Shown one piece after another: positions 39,760 to 51,379 of a stretch of 64,000 nt of DNA. Made by a program: the position numbers and the translations under genes. Source of the stretch: Octopus sinensis (Eukaryota); assembly GCF_006345805.1 (NCBI RefSeq), contig NC_043005.1, forward strand, positions 26,970,001-27,034,000, in the 5' to 3' direction. Every line of letters begins with the position of its first letter. Within the stretch, counting starts at the first letter, position 1. The notes under the pieces are model-generated. The model was not told the DNA's origin. It did no database searches and saw only the letters and a list, made by a program, of their open reading frames with translations.

Positions 39760-40127
39760 GAAAATTACTATTTTTAAATCTCACAATGAGAGATATTCAG
39801 CAACAGCACTTTGGAGCAAAGATTATTTGCCAACATAACATGGCAGTCCTGGTTTAGGACAAATGTTGCTGTAATTTAGCCCCAGGAGACATCGTCTCCA
39901 GCTGGCTATACAACACGATCTATGTCCTTATATTTTTGAACAAGGAAATCTAGCACCCCAAATCAGCTCAAAACCACATCTGTGTATCGTGATTTCCAGG
40001 TTATTTCCCTTCATAAGCACCTATCGTGTCATATAGCCAGCTGGAGACAATGTCTCCTGGGGCCAAATTACAGCAACATTCGCCCTAAACCAGGACTGCC
40101 ATCTTATGTTGGCAAACAATCTTTACT
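39760..40127 (-). mobile_element. Penelope-like family 3 palindromic element, copy 1
   Basis: Inverted arms at 39815-39919 and 40023-40127, a tail of about 55 nt on the left, HHR motif at 39980-40020 (-), and a 9-bp duplication tacacctgt at 39748-39756 and 40134-40142. Confidence 0.8.
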
Positions 40128-41228
40128 ACATTGTACACCTGTTTGTTGTTTATACACCTGTCTTCATCTTTGGTTTTCTGTAAATTTCAACATCATAGTT
40201 AAGTATTCTATGGCAACAGCAATTTCAATCCAATTCAATGGCAACATTCTCTTCGGTTACAGTATTTACACTATTCTCTCTTTTATCACTAATTCAATTA
40301 CTCTTTTACTTGTTTCAGTCATTTGACTGCAGCCATGCTGGAGCACCGCCTTTAGTCAAGCAAATCGACCCCAGGACTTATCCTTTGTAAGCCTAGTACT
40401 TATTCTATCTGTCTCTTTTGCCAAACTGCTAAATTACAGGGATGTGAACACACCACCATCGGTTGTGAAGCAATGTTGGGGGGACAGACACAGACACACA
40501 AACATATACACATGCATATATATATATATATATATATATACATACATACATACATACACACACACGACGAACTTCTTTCAGTTTCCGTCTACCAAATCTA
40601 CTCACAAGGCTCTGGTCGGCCTGAGGCTATAGCAGAAGACACTTTCCTAAGGTGCCATGCAATGGGACTAAACCCGGAACCATGTGGTTGGGAAGCAAGC
40701 TACTTACCATACAGCCACTCCTGCGCCTTATTCAATTTTCCAACATTTCAGCTCAAAATATTTCTTCTATCTACTTCAAGTATCTTTTACTTCTTTTAGT
40801 CACTAGACTGTGGGGTAAAGTTGGGGTACCACCTTGAAGAGTTTTCCCAAACAAACCTGTACTGGCTTTACGTTGTAAGCCTACTACTTATTCTATTGGT
40901 CTCTGTTGCCAAACAGTGAACTTATAGATATAAACAAACCAACACCAGTTATCAAGTGATATGGAGACAAACACACACATGATGGGCTTCCATACAACTT
41001 CTGTCCATCAAATTTGCTTAGGAAGGCAATGGTTGTCTTGGGGCTATAGAAGAAGACACTTGCCTAAGGTGCTATGCAGCGGCACTGAACCCAAAATCAT
41101 AAGGTTGCAAAGTGAGTTTCATAACAACACAGTTGTATCTGTTCCTGAAGCCATTGAAAAGATGAATGTAAAGCAAAACAAAGCCAAATACAGCATTTTC
41201 TTTTTGGAATCTTAAATTGAAGGTTATA

Positions 41229-41792
41229 CAAGGGTGAGTCAAAAGGTAATGCCGTTTTGTTTAGGACAGGTATAATTACCAACACAGGAACATGTATCAT
41301 ACTTCAAAATGAAGCTGGTCCTCTGTCGATCACATATCTACTTCAACATAGTCACCATTTCTCTCAATAGCAATGTTCCACCTTCCAATGAGAGCATGTA
41401 TTCCTGCCCTGTAAAATTCTGTTGACTGCTCTTTGAGCCACTTCTTCATTACAGTTTTCAATTCCTTGTCACTGGAATAATGTTTGCCTCTCAAACCCTC
41501 TTTAATGGGGAGAAAGGGATGATAGTCCAGTGATAATGATAGTCCAGTGACGAGGAAGTGAAAACTGTAGTGAAGAAGTGGATTAAAGAACAGTCAGCAG
41601 AATTTTGGGTGGCAGGGATACATGCTTTCATTCGAAGGTGGAACATTGCTATCGAGAGAAACGGTAACTATGTTGAGAAGTAGGGATGTGATCAACAGAG
41701 GACCAGCTTCATTTTGATGTATGATACATATTCCTGTGTTGGTAATTATACCTGTCCTAAACAAAATGGCATTAGTTTTTGACTCACCCTCG
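41229..41792. mobile_element. Mariner-derived foldback MITE (two inverted 3' ends), copy 1
   Basis: Flanked by TA. Inverted arms of about 248 bp at 41229-41476 and 41543-41792, each carrying the mariner transposase C-terminal coding sequence (SSDEEVKTVVKKW...RRWNIAIERNG.YVEK). Confidence 0.9.
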
Positions 41793-42484
41793 TAGTTTTT
41801 AAAGATATAAAAGTAAACACAAAACTTTCTGTCTCATCAATGAATCTGTTTTTTTCTGCCCTAAAATTGGTGTCTAGAAAGTCTATTGGTTTATGTCTAA
41901 ATTCTTTGAAGGTTGACCAATGCCTTGCGTGTGTGAATGTCACTGAGCTACAACCAAGCTGGAGCACCACTTTCAAAGTTTTTCATTAAATGTATTAGTC
42001 TGATGCTCATTTTATCAATCACAGTTTATTAAATACTTCGATTTTTTTTGACAAAGATGACAAGCACTTTGTCATGACAAAGATGACAAGCACTTTGTCA
42101 TGCCACTAAACACACACACATATGATGAGCTTTGTCCGTTTCCTGTCTACCATATTTCATTCACAATGCATTAGTAGGCTCTCAGAGACATTATATGTAT
42201 GAAATCTAGATGAGAAAGTGAGGAGACAAACAGACAGACAGGGATGGGCAGATCTACTGATGTGACTCAAATCCCCATATCTGTCTATTTTTATATAATT
42301 TTATAAAAATTCTATTTTTAACTTTAAATTTTTCAAAAACTAAGATGTTTGCCTTGATGGTGATGTAATAATTGTCTCCCTTGGATTTGCTCTCTGCACT
42401 GTACATACACTTTTGGCTACCTTTCCTGATTAGTTGTAGAGCACCTAAGCACCATACACAATAAGTTCGGAATCATTTCTAAGG

Positions 42485-42790
42485 AACCCCACCACAAGAG
42501 ATCCTGAGCCAACCTAGTTACCAGGAGTACTGTGGCAAGTATGCCTCCCTCTCATCCATCCTCCACAGCCTGTAGGTGGCAACTCATTTTCCTGGGCCCA
42601 CCTTGCCACATTCACCCACCTTTCAACAAATTTACTGAGGTGAGGGATTAGCAAAACCCTCTTTGCCCTTGCCATCCTTTTCAAATGGACTCTTAAATTG
42701 GCTGAAGAGCAAAGTGTGTCTTCAGTCCCGTCTACCACACCTCTTTTGTCATAGCCACCAGAGGAAAACTGTTTGCTCTTCCTCACCAAA
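42485..42790 (-). mobile_element. Probable L1/Tx1 ORF2 C-terminal remnant
   Basis: HLKR...KFVERWVNVAR resembles Tx1 ORF2 ends (from recall, not searched). Confidence 0.4.
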
Positions 42791-43494
42791 AGAAGGCTGT
42801 AGGGTGAAGATTTTCAAAATTTGGCACAAAGCCATCAATTTCAGGGGAATGGAGAAGTCAATTACCTCAACCCTCAGTATTCAACTGGTACTTATCTTAT
42901 GAACCCTGAAAGGATGACAGGTAAAGTTGACCTCAGTGGAATTTGAACTCAGTACATAAAGAGCTGGGTGAAATGCTGCTAAGCATTTTGTCCAGTGAGT
43001 TAGCAGTTGTGGGCTAGCGGTTGTGGGCTAGCAGTTGTGCCAGTTTGCCACCTTAGAGTAGCTGAGTAACAATCCTCTCTGCTATAGGCACAAGGCTTGG
43101 ATTTTGTGGGGAGAGTAAGTCAATCACATCAACCCCAGTACACAACCGGTACTTAATTTATTGACCCAGAAAGAATGAAAGGCCAAGTCGACCCAGCAGA
43201 ATTTGAACTCAGAACGTGCAGACAGACAAAGTACCACTAAAAATTTCACCCGGCGTGCTAACTATTCTGCCAGCTTGCCACCTTCAGAGTAACTGAGTAA
43301 TAGTAAAGACATCAACAGATGTGGGAGAATTAACTGTATGAGATGGGAATGGACAATGGGTGACAATGTGTTGAGTGGTGGCAGAGGAAGACTATGGAAG
43401 ACATCTGAGGTCAGATACAAAGATGCTGATGACAAAGGGGAGATGACAGAGAGTTGAGAGGAGAGTCAATATGCAATGCAACAAACTTATTTAA

Positions 43495-43838
43495 CCCTTT
43501 CGTTACCAACCCAGCTGAAACTGCCTCTGGCTCTGAGTACAAATGTCTTGTTTTCATAAGTTTTGAATTAAAATCTTCCACCAAACCTTAATCACAATTT
43601 ATGTTCCTAACACTAGCTTAACACTTTCATTACCAACCCAGCTGAAACTGCCTCTGGCTCTGAGTACAAATGTCTTGTTTTCATAAGTTTTGAATTAAAA
43701 TCTTCCATCAAACCTTAGTCACAATTTATGTTCATGACACTAGATGAATGATAAAGGTATTTTACAAAACTCTTTGTTGTATTTAAAGTAATTGAAAGAA
43801 ACACAGAGCATCTCAAAATAAATACAGTAACGAAAGGG
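43495..43838. mobile_element. piggyBac-type MITE with a duplicated left end
   Basis: TTAA on both sides and TIRs ccctttcgttac / gtaacgaaaggg. The 127-bp left end is repeated at 43491-43617 and 43618-43744. Confidence 0.85.
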
Positions 43839-44125
43839 TTAATCCTTGTCAGCATTGAAGAAATGACATACGATGTCTGTCAATGGGTTTGAATGTGATA
43901 AAGCCCTTCATAAAAAAAAAAGGAGAGAGATGGACAGAGAGCAATCAGAGCTCTATGTGCTTCCATCTTTACATCACTGCCATTTTAGAATCAGACCAAT
44001 TGGAAACCATAGGAGGAATATATCAGTACAGATACAAACACACACAAGTCTGGAGTCACTGCTGATGGCAATGAGTGTCCTACACAGAGAATAAAAGAAG
44101 CAAGAATTTATAAGAGATAACTTAC

Positions 44126-44222
44126 CCTGTGAGTGGTAAGGTAGATTCTACCCTTTTTACTGCCTTTTGGTAGGTTACCCCCTTCAAGTGTTACCTGTAC
44201 ACCATCACAGTAGATTAAGATC
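44126..44222 (-). CDS. WBP2: WBP2 coding exon 2 (GRAM-like domain)
   Basis: tttcag acceptor, gtaag donor, 97 nt. Encodes (R)ILIYCDGVQVTLEGGNLPKGSKKGRIYLTTHR, matching the WBP2 KGTKKGTVYLTPYR-type motif. Confidence 0.93.
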
Positions 44223-44589
44223 CTGAAAAATAAATACACAGATTAAATAACATGTTAAACATTACAGATATGCAAATTAGCAGCACCAGTTCTCTGTAGC
44301 TAATAGATTTGATGTGTATATAATCAGAATGGCAAGGTCATTTCTCTGGGATTGGTCAAGTGATGTAAACACCTAAGATGAAACCCCCAGATAAGGGTTG
44401 AAAATCACTTTTTCAATCTAAAAGAGAAATAGGTTAAATGGACACGTTTGCATATTTTAATTATCCATTTATTATGATAATGTGTGGTGTACCCAAATTG
44501 CAGGTAACCTTTCAACTTCTCCTGAAACATGACACCAAAATGCAGCTGTGTTGAATGCTGTGGGTCCACGCTCAGACAGTACTTCATTC

Positions 44590-45385
44590 ACCAGCAACAC
44601 TTCTATTGTTGTGTCAGACTGGCCACCATGACAGCTCACGAGACCATTGGCACTGGACAGCGACCCATCAGTGACGACATGGTATGATGTCGACTGGCTG
44701 CCAACAACCTGTTGCTGTCATCCTGCTCGAGGGCCTGTCCTCACTGCATGCCACTGTCAGGCATGACTACAATGGGTTACACAGCACCAACATTGGCAGC
44801 ATCAACAATGGAGGTCAATAGTCTTCTCTGATGAGAGCCAGTACTGCATTTCCACCTCAGATGGCAGAGTGAGGGTGTGGCATAGGAGGGGTGAATGCTA
44901 CTGAGATGCATATGTCCTGGAGAGAGACATGTGAGGTGGCCAAAACATCATGGTTTTGGGGTGCTATAGGCCTGGATCAGAGAATTCGGTCCTTTGTGTT
45001 CCAAAATGTTGGTGCAGGCACAGGGAATGGCATCACAATGCAGCACTACATTGACCAGATGCTAATACCTCACATCATGCCCTTCTTTGTGCGTCACCAT
45101 AACCACATGTTCCTGCAGGACAATGCTCCCTCCCACACGGCCAAGGTTACCATGGATTTCCTGCATGAGCACAACATCAGAACAATGCCATGGCTGGCTC
45201 TCAGCCTGGATTTGAACCTAATTGAACACTTTTAGGATGAAATCCAGAGGCGGCTGAACCAGGTGGTCCAAAGGCTGACAACTTGTGTGGAACTGGAGGC
45301 AGCTTTCCTCAGGGTGTGGGCACAGGTGCCAACGGCTTTTGTGAACCACCTCATGACGTTCATGTACCGATGGTGTATGGCTCAC
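44590..45385 (+). pseudogene. Tc1-like (DD34E) transposase pseudogene
   Basis: Motifs VFSDES, FLQDNAPSHTAK and WLALSLDLNLIEHF*DE, interrupted by stops and frameshifts. Confidence 0.85.
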
Positions 45386-46609
45386 CAGAGACACATACGC
45401 ACATATACATGGAATGGGCTTCTTTCAGTTTCCATTCATCAAATCCATTCACAAGACTTTGGTTGGCCCAAGGACATACAAGACACTTGCCAAAGGTGTT
45501 CCACTGTGGGCCTGAACCCCAAATTATGTGGGTGTATAAGTACATACCACCTTCAAGATGGCTAAATATGCATGGCATCACCTCGTAGACAGTGGCATTG
45601 TTAACGTCTGCCTGTTGCGTAAACTATGTCAGCATACAAGCATTATGCTTGTTTACATCTATCCCCAAAACATGCCAGGCCACTGAGAAGGCTGACGTTT
45701 AAAAGATTAGTGAGGGGAAAAGAATACCTTATATGAAAATGGGTGTCAGCAACAAGTAGAGCAGCCAGCAGTAGAAAGGTTTCTTCTAGAAACCATGTGT
45801 GACCCATGTGAATAGGGAAAAGTGGATGTTAAAATGATGATGGTGTTACCAACATGCAAAGCCTAACATTTTCTCCAACACCTCAACTTGAGTTGTGCTA
45901 ATAATTAAGTGAACAGATTTGGAAGACAGAGAAATTATTTTTATTTAAATTTTTAAGGCAGAAGACAGCAGAATTATTAGAGTAATTGGCAAAATAAATA
46001 CAAGAGGAATATGTTTCTGAGAAAATGGATCCTCCTCAAAATTCGTTTTGTGATTAGTAAGAAACACATATTTAATTCTTTCCAAACCAAAATAAAATCT
46101 TGATAAAAAAAAAAAAATGATAATATTTTGCATATCTTTAAAATTACTGTTTTTCTATAGTAATGATTTTAAAATAATTTTTTATTCTCTGAAGAGGTTT
46201 TTTTTTTCAATCTTGTTTTTATTTGTTGTCCTTAGCTTTTTTAATTATTTCTCTCAAATGCTACCGTTTGATGTGATGAGAGAAGTTGGTATTTAAAGTT
46301 TGATCATTGACCTCTTTCGCTTGAAATCTCAAATTTGTTGATCTCACATTCCAACCCCTCCCTCCTCTTTTACATACTAATATTTCCTTCTCCAAAACAT
46401 AAATATCTGCTACTCAACACCATATTTTCTGAAGATGTTTCAATGTGCATACACACTGCATCAAAAGGCTGTAAATACCAAGCTGTCAGTAGTGGGGAAG
46501 TTACAGGCAAGAGACTATCACTATCCAGGGAGACAATTTCACACAAACAAGATATCAGCATCAACCTTTTAAAGCTGTGTTGTTTGTGCATTAAATACAA
46601 TAAAGTAAG

Positions 46610-46990
46610 TACAGGCATGGCTTGCAATCGAGTACTTCAAAGTCAACAAGACTGACCATCTTTGAGACATGCGTAGAGAGGAACATTCTATGGAGTGGAA
46701 ACCTGGTCAATGATGAAGAAGGTTCAAAATTGCTTTGGTGGTTTGACATTGCTGCTCAATGCAGGATAGGCTCTGCTGATTACAGCCATCAGGTTGAACA
46801 CCAGGCCATATTACAGGTTATATTTTGGAGACTTCCACATCCTAACAGAAGATGACAACCACTCAACTTCATAGATGTGACATGCAGGGACACACGGCAC
46901 GAAACTGAGGACCTTCCAAAGCTACCTGATGCAGCATGGCAGTGAAACATCTCATTTGCAGATACATGAAGAAGAATGCTTCAAAAGGAT
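46610..46990 (+). mobile_element. Decayed RTE-like LINE fragment
   Basis: KSTRLTIFETCVE...LYGVETW reads across a frameshift. Confidence 0.5.
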
Positions 46991-47135
46991 TCAGTTACCT
47001 CACCCTACCAAGATGTTGAACAATAGTAGCATAGAGTTACTCATTAATATAAGATTATATCAGGCACAATAAAACTACAGAAATGGTATCAGCTTGGCTT
47101 CAGTGTGCCACACAGAACTAAACAAAACCTGAGTA

Positions 47136-47702
47136 GAAAATTACTATTTTTAAATCTCATAATGAGAGATATTCAGCAACAGTACTTTGGAGTAAAGATT
47201 GTTTGCCAACATAACATGGCAGTCCTGGTTTAGGACTAATGTTGCTGTAATTTAGCCCCAGGAGACATTGTCTCCAGCTGGCTATACGACACGATCTGAG
47301 TCCTTATATTTTCAAACAAGGGAATCTAGTACCCCACACCCAGCTCAAAACAATATCTGTGTATCGCGATTTCTGGGTTATTTCTCTTCATCGGCACAGA
47401 ATAATTGCTTGGCTAGAGGTGGTGCTGCCAAATTCCCATTTGAAATATATAGTTATCACTTTGAAAACTATATATTTCGAACAGGAAATTGGCAGTGCCA
47501 TCTCTAGCCAGAACAATTATTCTGAATCGCGATACACCAATATTGTTTTGAGCTGAGTGGGGGTGATAGATTCCCTTGTTTGAAAATATAAGGACACAGA
47601 TCGTGCTGTATGGCCGGCTGGAGACGATGTCTCTTGGGGCTAAATTACAGCAACATTCGTCCTAAACCAGGACTGCCATGTTATGTTGGCAAACAATCTT
47701 TA
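47136..47702 (-). mobile_element. Penelope-like family 3 palindromic element, copy 2 (longest)
   Basis: Inverted arms at 47193-47454 and 47466-47702 around an 11-nt loop, with the same left tail as the other copies. HHR motif at 47357-47399 (-). The HHR core is deleted from the right arm at 47524/47525. Confidence 0.85.
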
Positions 47703-48658
47703 GTATTTCGCCTGTCTTCACGTTCTAAGTTCAAATTCTGCCAAAGTCGACCTTGCCTTTCATCCTTTTAGGTTCAATAAAATTAATACCAGCTGAGTAC
47801 TGGGGTCGCTGTAACTGACAATCTCCCTCTCCCTAATTTCAGGCCTTGTGCCTATAGTAGAAAGGAATAATGATCAAGATTAGAGGAAAGGGAAAAATTT
47901 TGCAGAGCAGCTGACCAGATGAGGATTTAGTTTGATCTGTTACCTCAACCAGAGTTGGCATTGCCTTGTATTTGCTAAAGAATGACATGTGACCCTATAA
48001 CACAGGGAGGGGGACTAGTTCTATCAAATATTCCCACCACCCCCATCATGAAAATTGCTCTTGTATCTGAATACAATGACCACATTTAATGTCTCGGTCA
48101 ACAAACAGGTGTTTTTCTATTGAACATTGAATCAAGAGAGATGACTATGCTACTCAGTCAGTCACTCAACCTACTAGAAATAGCAGTCAAATATTCTTCC
48201 CATCACAGCTTAGAGTTTTTATTTTTAAAGAAAAAAAGAATGACTGGAATGACTTTGATCATAGGTCAACTGTATCAGAGCTGAGTTAGGGTTAAACAGT
48301 AACAACAAAAGCCTCAAGCACACCGTCCAGAAGAAACTGGACAACAAATTCTTTTCCAGTAGCACAAAACATTGTAACTAACAATTATCAAAGAAACAAT
48401 TCTGTACAAAGAAAGAGGCCTTTACATGGAGACTTACTTAACATGCTAGAAAATAGAGGCAAATCTTTCTCTAATACTTTCAGACTTACTACCTTAAAAA
48501 AAAAATGGTCATAGGCACAGGAGTGGCTGTGTGGTAAGTAGCTTGCTTACCAACCACATGGTTCCAGGTTCAGTCCCACTGCATGGCACCTTGGGCAAGT
48601 GTCTTCTAATATAGCCTTGTGAGTAGATTTGGTAGACAGAAACTGAAAGAAGCCCATC

Positions 48659-48715
<57 letters not shown>

Positions 48716-49998
48716 CGTGACTGTATGGGAAGAAGCTTGCTTCCCAACCACATGGTTCCAGGTTCAGTCCTACTGCATGGCACCTTGGGCAAGTGTCTCC
48801 TACTATAGCCACGGGCTGACGAAAGCCTTGTGAGTAGACTGAAAGAAGCCCATTACATATATATATATATATATATATTTGTGTGTCTGTGTTTGTCCTC
48901 GCCACCATTACTTGACAACCGATGTTGGTGTGTTTACATACCCGTAACATAGCAGTTCAGCAAAAGAGACTGATAGAATACGCACTAGGCTTAAAAAGAA
49001 TAAGTCCCAGGGTTGATTTGTTCAACTAAAGACGGTGCTCCAACATGGCCACAGTCAAATGACTGAAACAAATAAAGGAATAAAAGAATGGAGTGTTTTT
49101 TTTTTTTTTATTCACAGGTCTGTAGGATCAAGGCTTCTCGGCCTCTACATTGGTCATTTTTGCTGACCAGTTATCAAAGAAACGCTGTCATCCTCCAATG
49201 GCTACAGAGCTGTCTCTTTCAACAGCTAAGGAAAAAAAAGTTTCCCGTCTCTCCCTCCCAACACTTCTATTGATCAGTGAACCAAGAAAAGACATTTTTA
49301 ATGACCATCATTTATGTTTTGGAAAATTGCTGAAGAGGAAGACAAAGATGAAAAAAGACCAAAATATGAGTGGAGGGAAGGAAGATAAAGAAAATAAGAT
49401 TCATTGTCACCATCATCGTTTAACGTCAGTTTTCAATGCTGGCATGGGTTGGACGATTTGATTGAGGTCTGGAGAGCCAGCGGCTGCACCAAAAAATATG
49501 TGTGTGTGTGTCTCTCTCTTTGTTGTGGCATTGGACAATAGTTCTAACCAAAGGCCAATGTCATTCCAGTAATATTATTCATTTCCAATCTTCCACGAAA
49601 ACATGTCCAGACATGAGGAGATATTACCTTGCTTGGAAACAAGTGAGGGCTGACAACAGGAAGGGCATTCAGCTTTAGATGGTCTGCCTCAGCAAATCCC
49701 TTCTAAATCATGACAGTATGGAAAAGTGGATGTTAAAAGACAGTGACAATGGAAAAATACCACAAGAGGACATTCTACATAATGTAATATAGAGTAGAAT
49801 GTCACAAGGAGTGGCAAAAGTTCAACTGAGGTGAAGAGGAAAAAAAAACTCCCTCTAGTGGTGATCAAACTGAAAAAGATAAGCAAGGGAGACAATACTT
49901 ACAATATAAATATATTTGGGAAATCAATGGAAAGCTTTTAGGAGTGGAGCTTGTCTTTGTAACCAAAAAGTGAAAGTAACAAACAAGTTCCTACTTTG

Positions 49999-50368
49999 GA
50001 AAATTACCCTTTGTAAATCTCACAAGGAGAGAGATTCAGCAACAGTACTTTGGAGTAAAGATTATTTACCAACATAACATGGCAGTCCTGGTTTAGGACG
50101 AATGTTGCTATAATTCAGCCCCAGGAAACATCGTCTCCAGCTGGCTATACGACACTATCTGTGTCCTTATATTTTCGAACAAAGGAATCTAGCACCCCAA
50201 CTCAGCTCAAAACAATATCTGTGTATCGCGATTACTGGGTTATTTCCTTTCATCAGCACAGAATAATTGTTCGGCTAGAGGTGGCACTGCCAAATTCCTG
50301 CTCAAATAGAAAATTACTTTTATTACAAACCAGAACTGCCATGTTGTGCTGGCAAATAATCTTTACTC
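49999..50368 (-). mobile_element. Penelope-like family 3 palindromic element, copy 3
   Basis: Same left end as copies 1 and 2, short right arm at about 50327-50370, HHR motif at 50219-50261 (-). 15-bp TSD caagttccta(c/t)tttg at 49984-49998 and 50369-50383, one mismatch. Confidence 0.85.
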
Positions 50369-51379
50369 CAAGTTCCTATTTTGTTCTTCAGCAAATCAAA
50401 AGAGGAGACTCACATATCTAATAAAGACATGGTAGTAGTGTAGGCTCGGCTGTGTGATTAAAAAGTTTGCTTCCTAACCATTAGGTTCTGGGTTTAGGCC
50501 CACATTAGGAAAGTACCTTCTACTGTAACCCTAGGTCCACCAAAGCCAAGTGGATTTGATTAGAGAGAAACTAAATGAAGCTCATCATGTGAGAGAGAAA
50601 GAAAGAGTGTGTGTGTGTGTGTGTGTGTGCATGTGTGTGTGTTCATTCCTGTGCATGCATTATGTATCATTTCCATTATTTAATGTTTGTTTTCCATGCT
50701 GGCATGGGTTGAATGATTTCCATGCTGGCATGGATTAGATGATACAAAAGCAGATAAGAGAAACAACAATTAGAAGGACAGACAAAAAGACGGGTCATTC
50801 GTGGCTTTCTTTCCTCAGTCAAGTTCCAGAAGTCACATGTATATATATTGTGATTTTAACACACCATGTTTATGAAGAGATTCTCTCTCTCAGACAAAAA
50901 TCACAGCAGTATGCCTTTCTATAGTGTATATATACTATCAAGACAATTTTCCCATTACATGGTGGTAGGCCCCTCATCTGGGTTGCTACATGCTGAGATA
51001 CCTTCTTCAGCATCAGTTTGGGGTGTTCAGCAACCAGTCCATCAGACCAAGAAGGGCACTGTCATAGTATCATCCACTCTGAGGGCTTTGAGGCTGAGCC
51101 TGTGGCAGTGGAGACATCCAGCGTTCTCAGCCACTTGACCACATCCCTGCTCACCACTATCAGGCCAGAGATGGCCTTCTGTAAATACAAGCCCAGTGAG
51201 TCAGAATGGCTGTTCTGGTGAATCTCTCTTGCTATATTTCAGGGTAACACATTTCCCCATTTTGGGACCATGAGACAGACTGACATGCCTGTTTAGACAT
51301 TATATGTCACTTATTGTTTTAGTCATTAATACATTTTGGAAAATTTTATTCTGATTTCTCTATAATCTTGAACTATATA

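Noticed and set aside
50950-51280. GC-richer segment in WBP2 intron 1 with short ORFs
   Set aside because: No recognisable motif and no consistent splice sites; probably a decayed transposon fragment.
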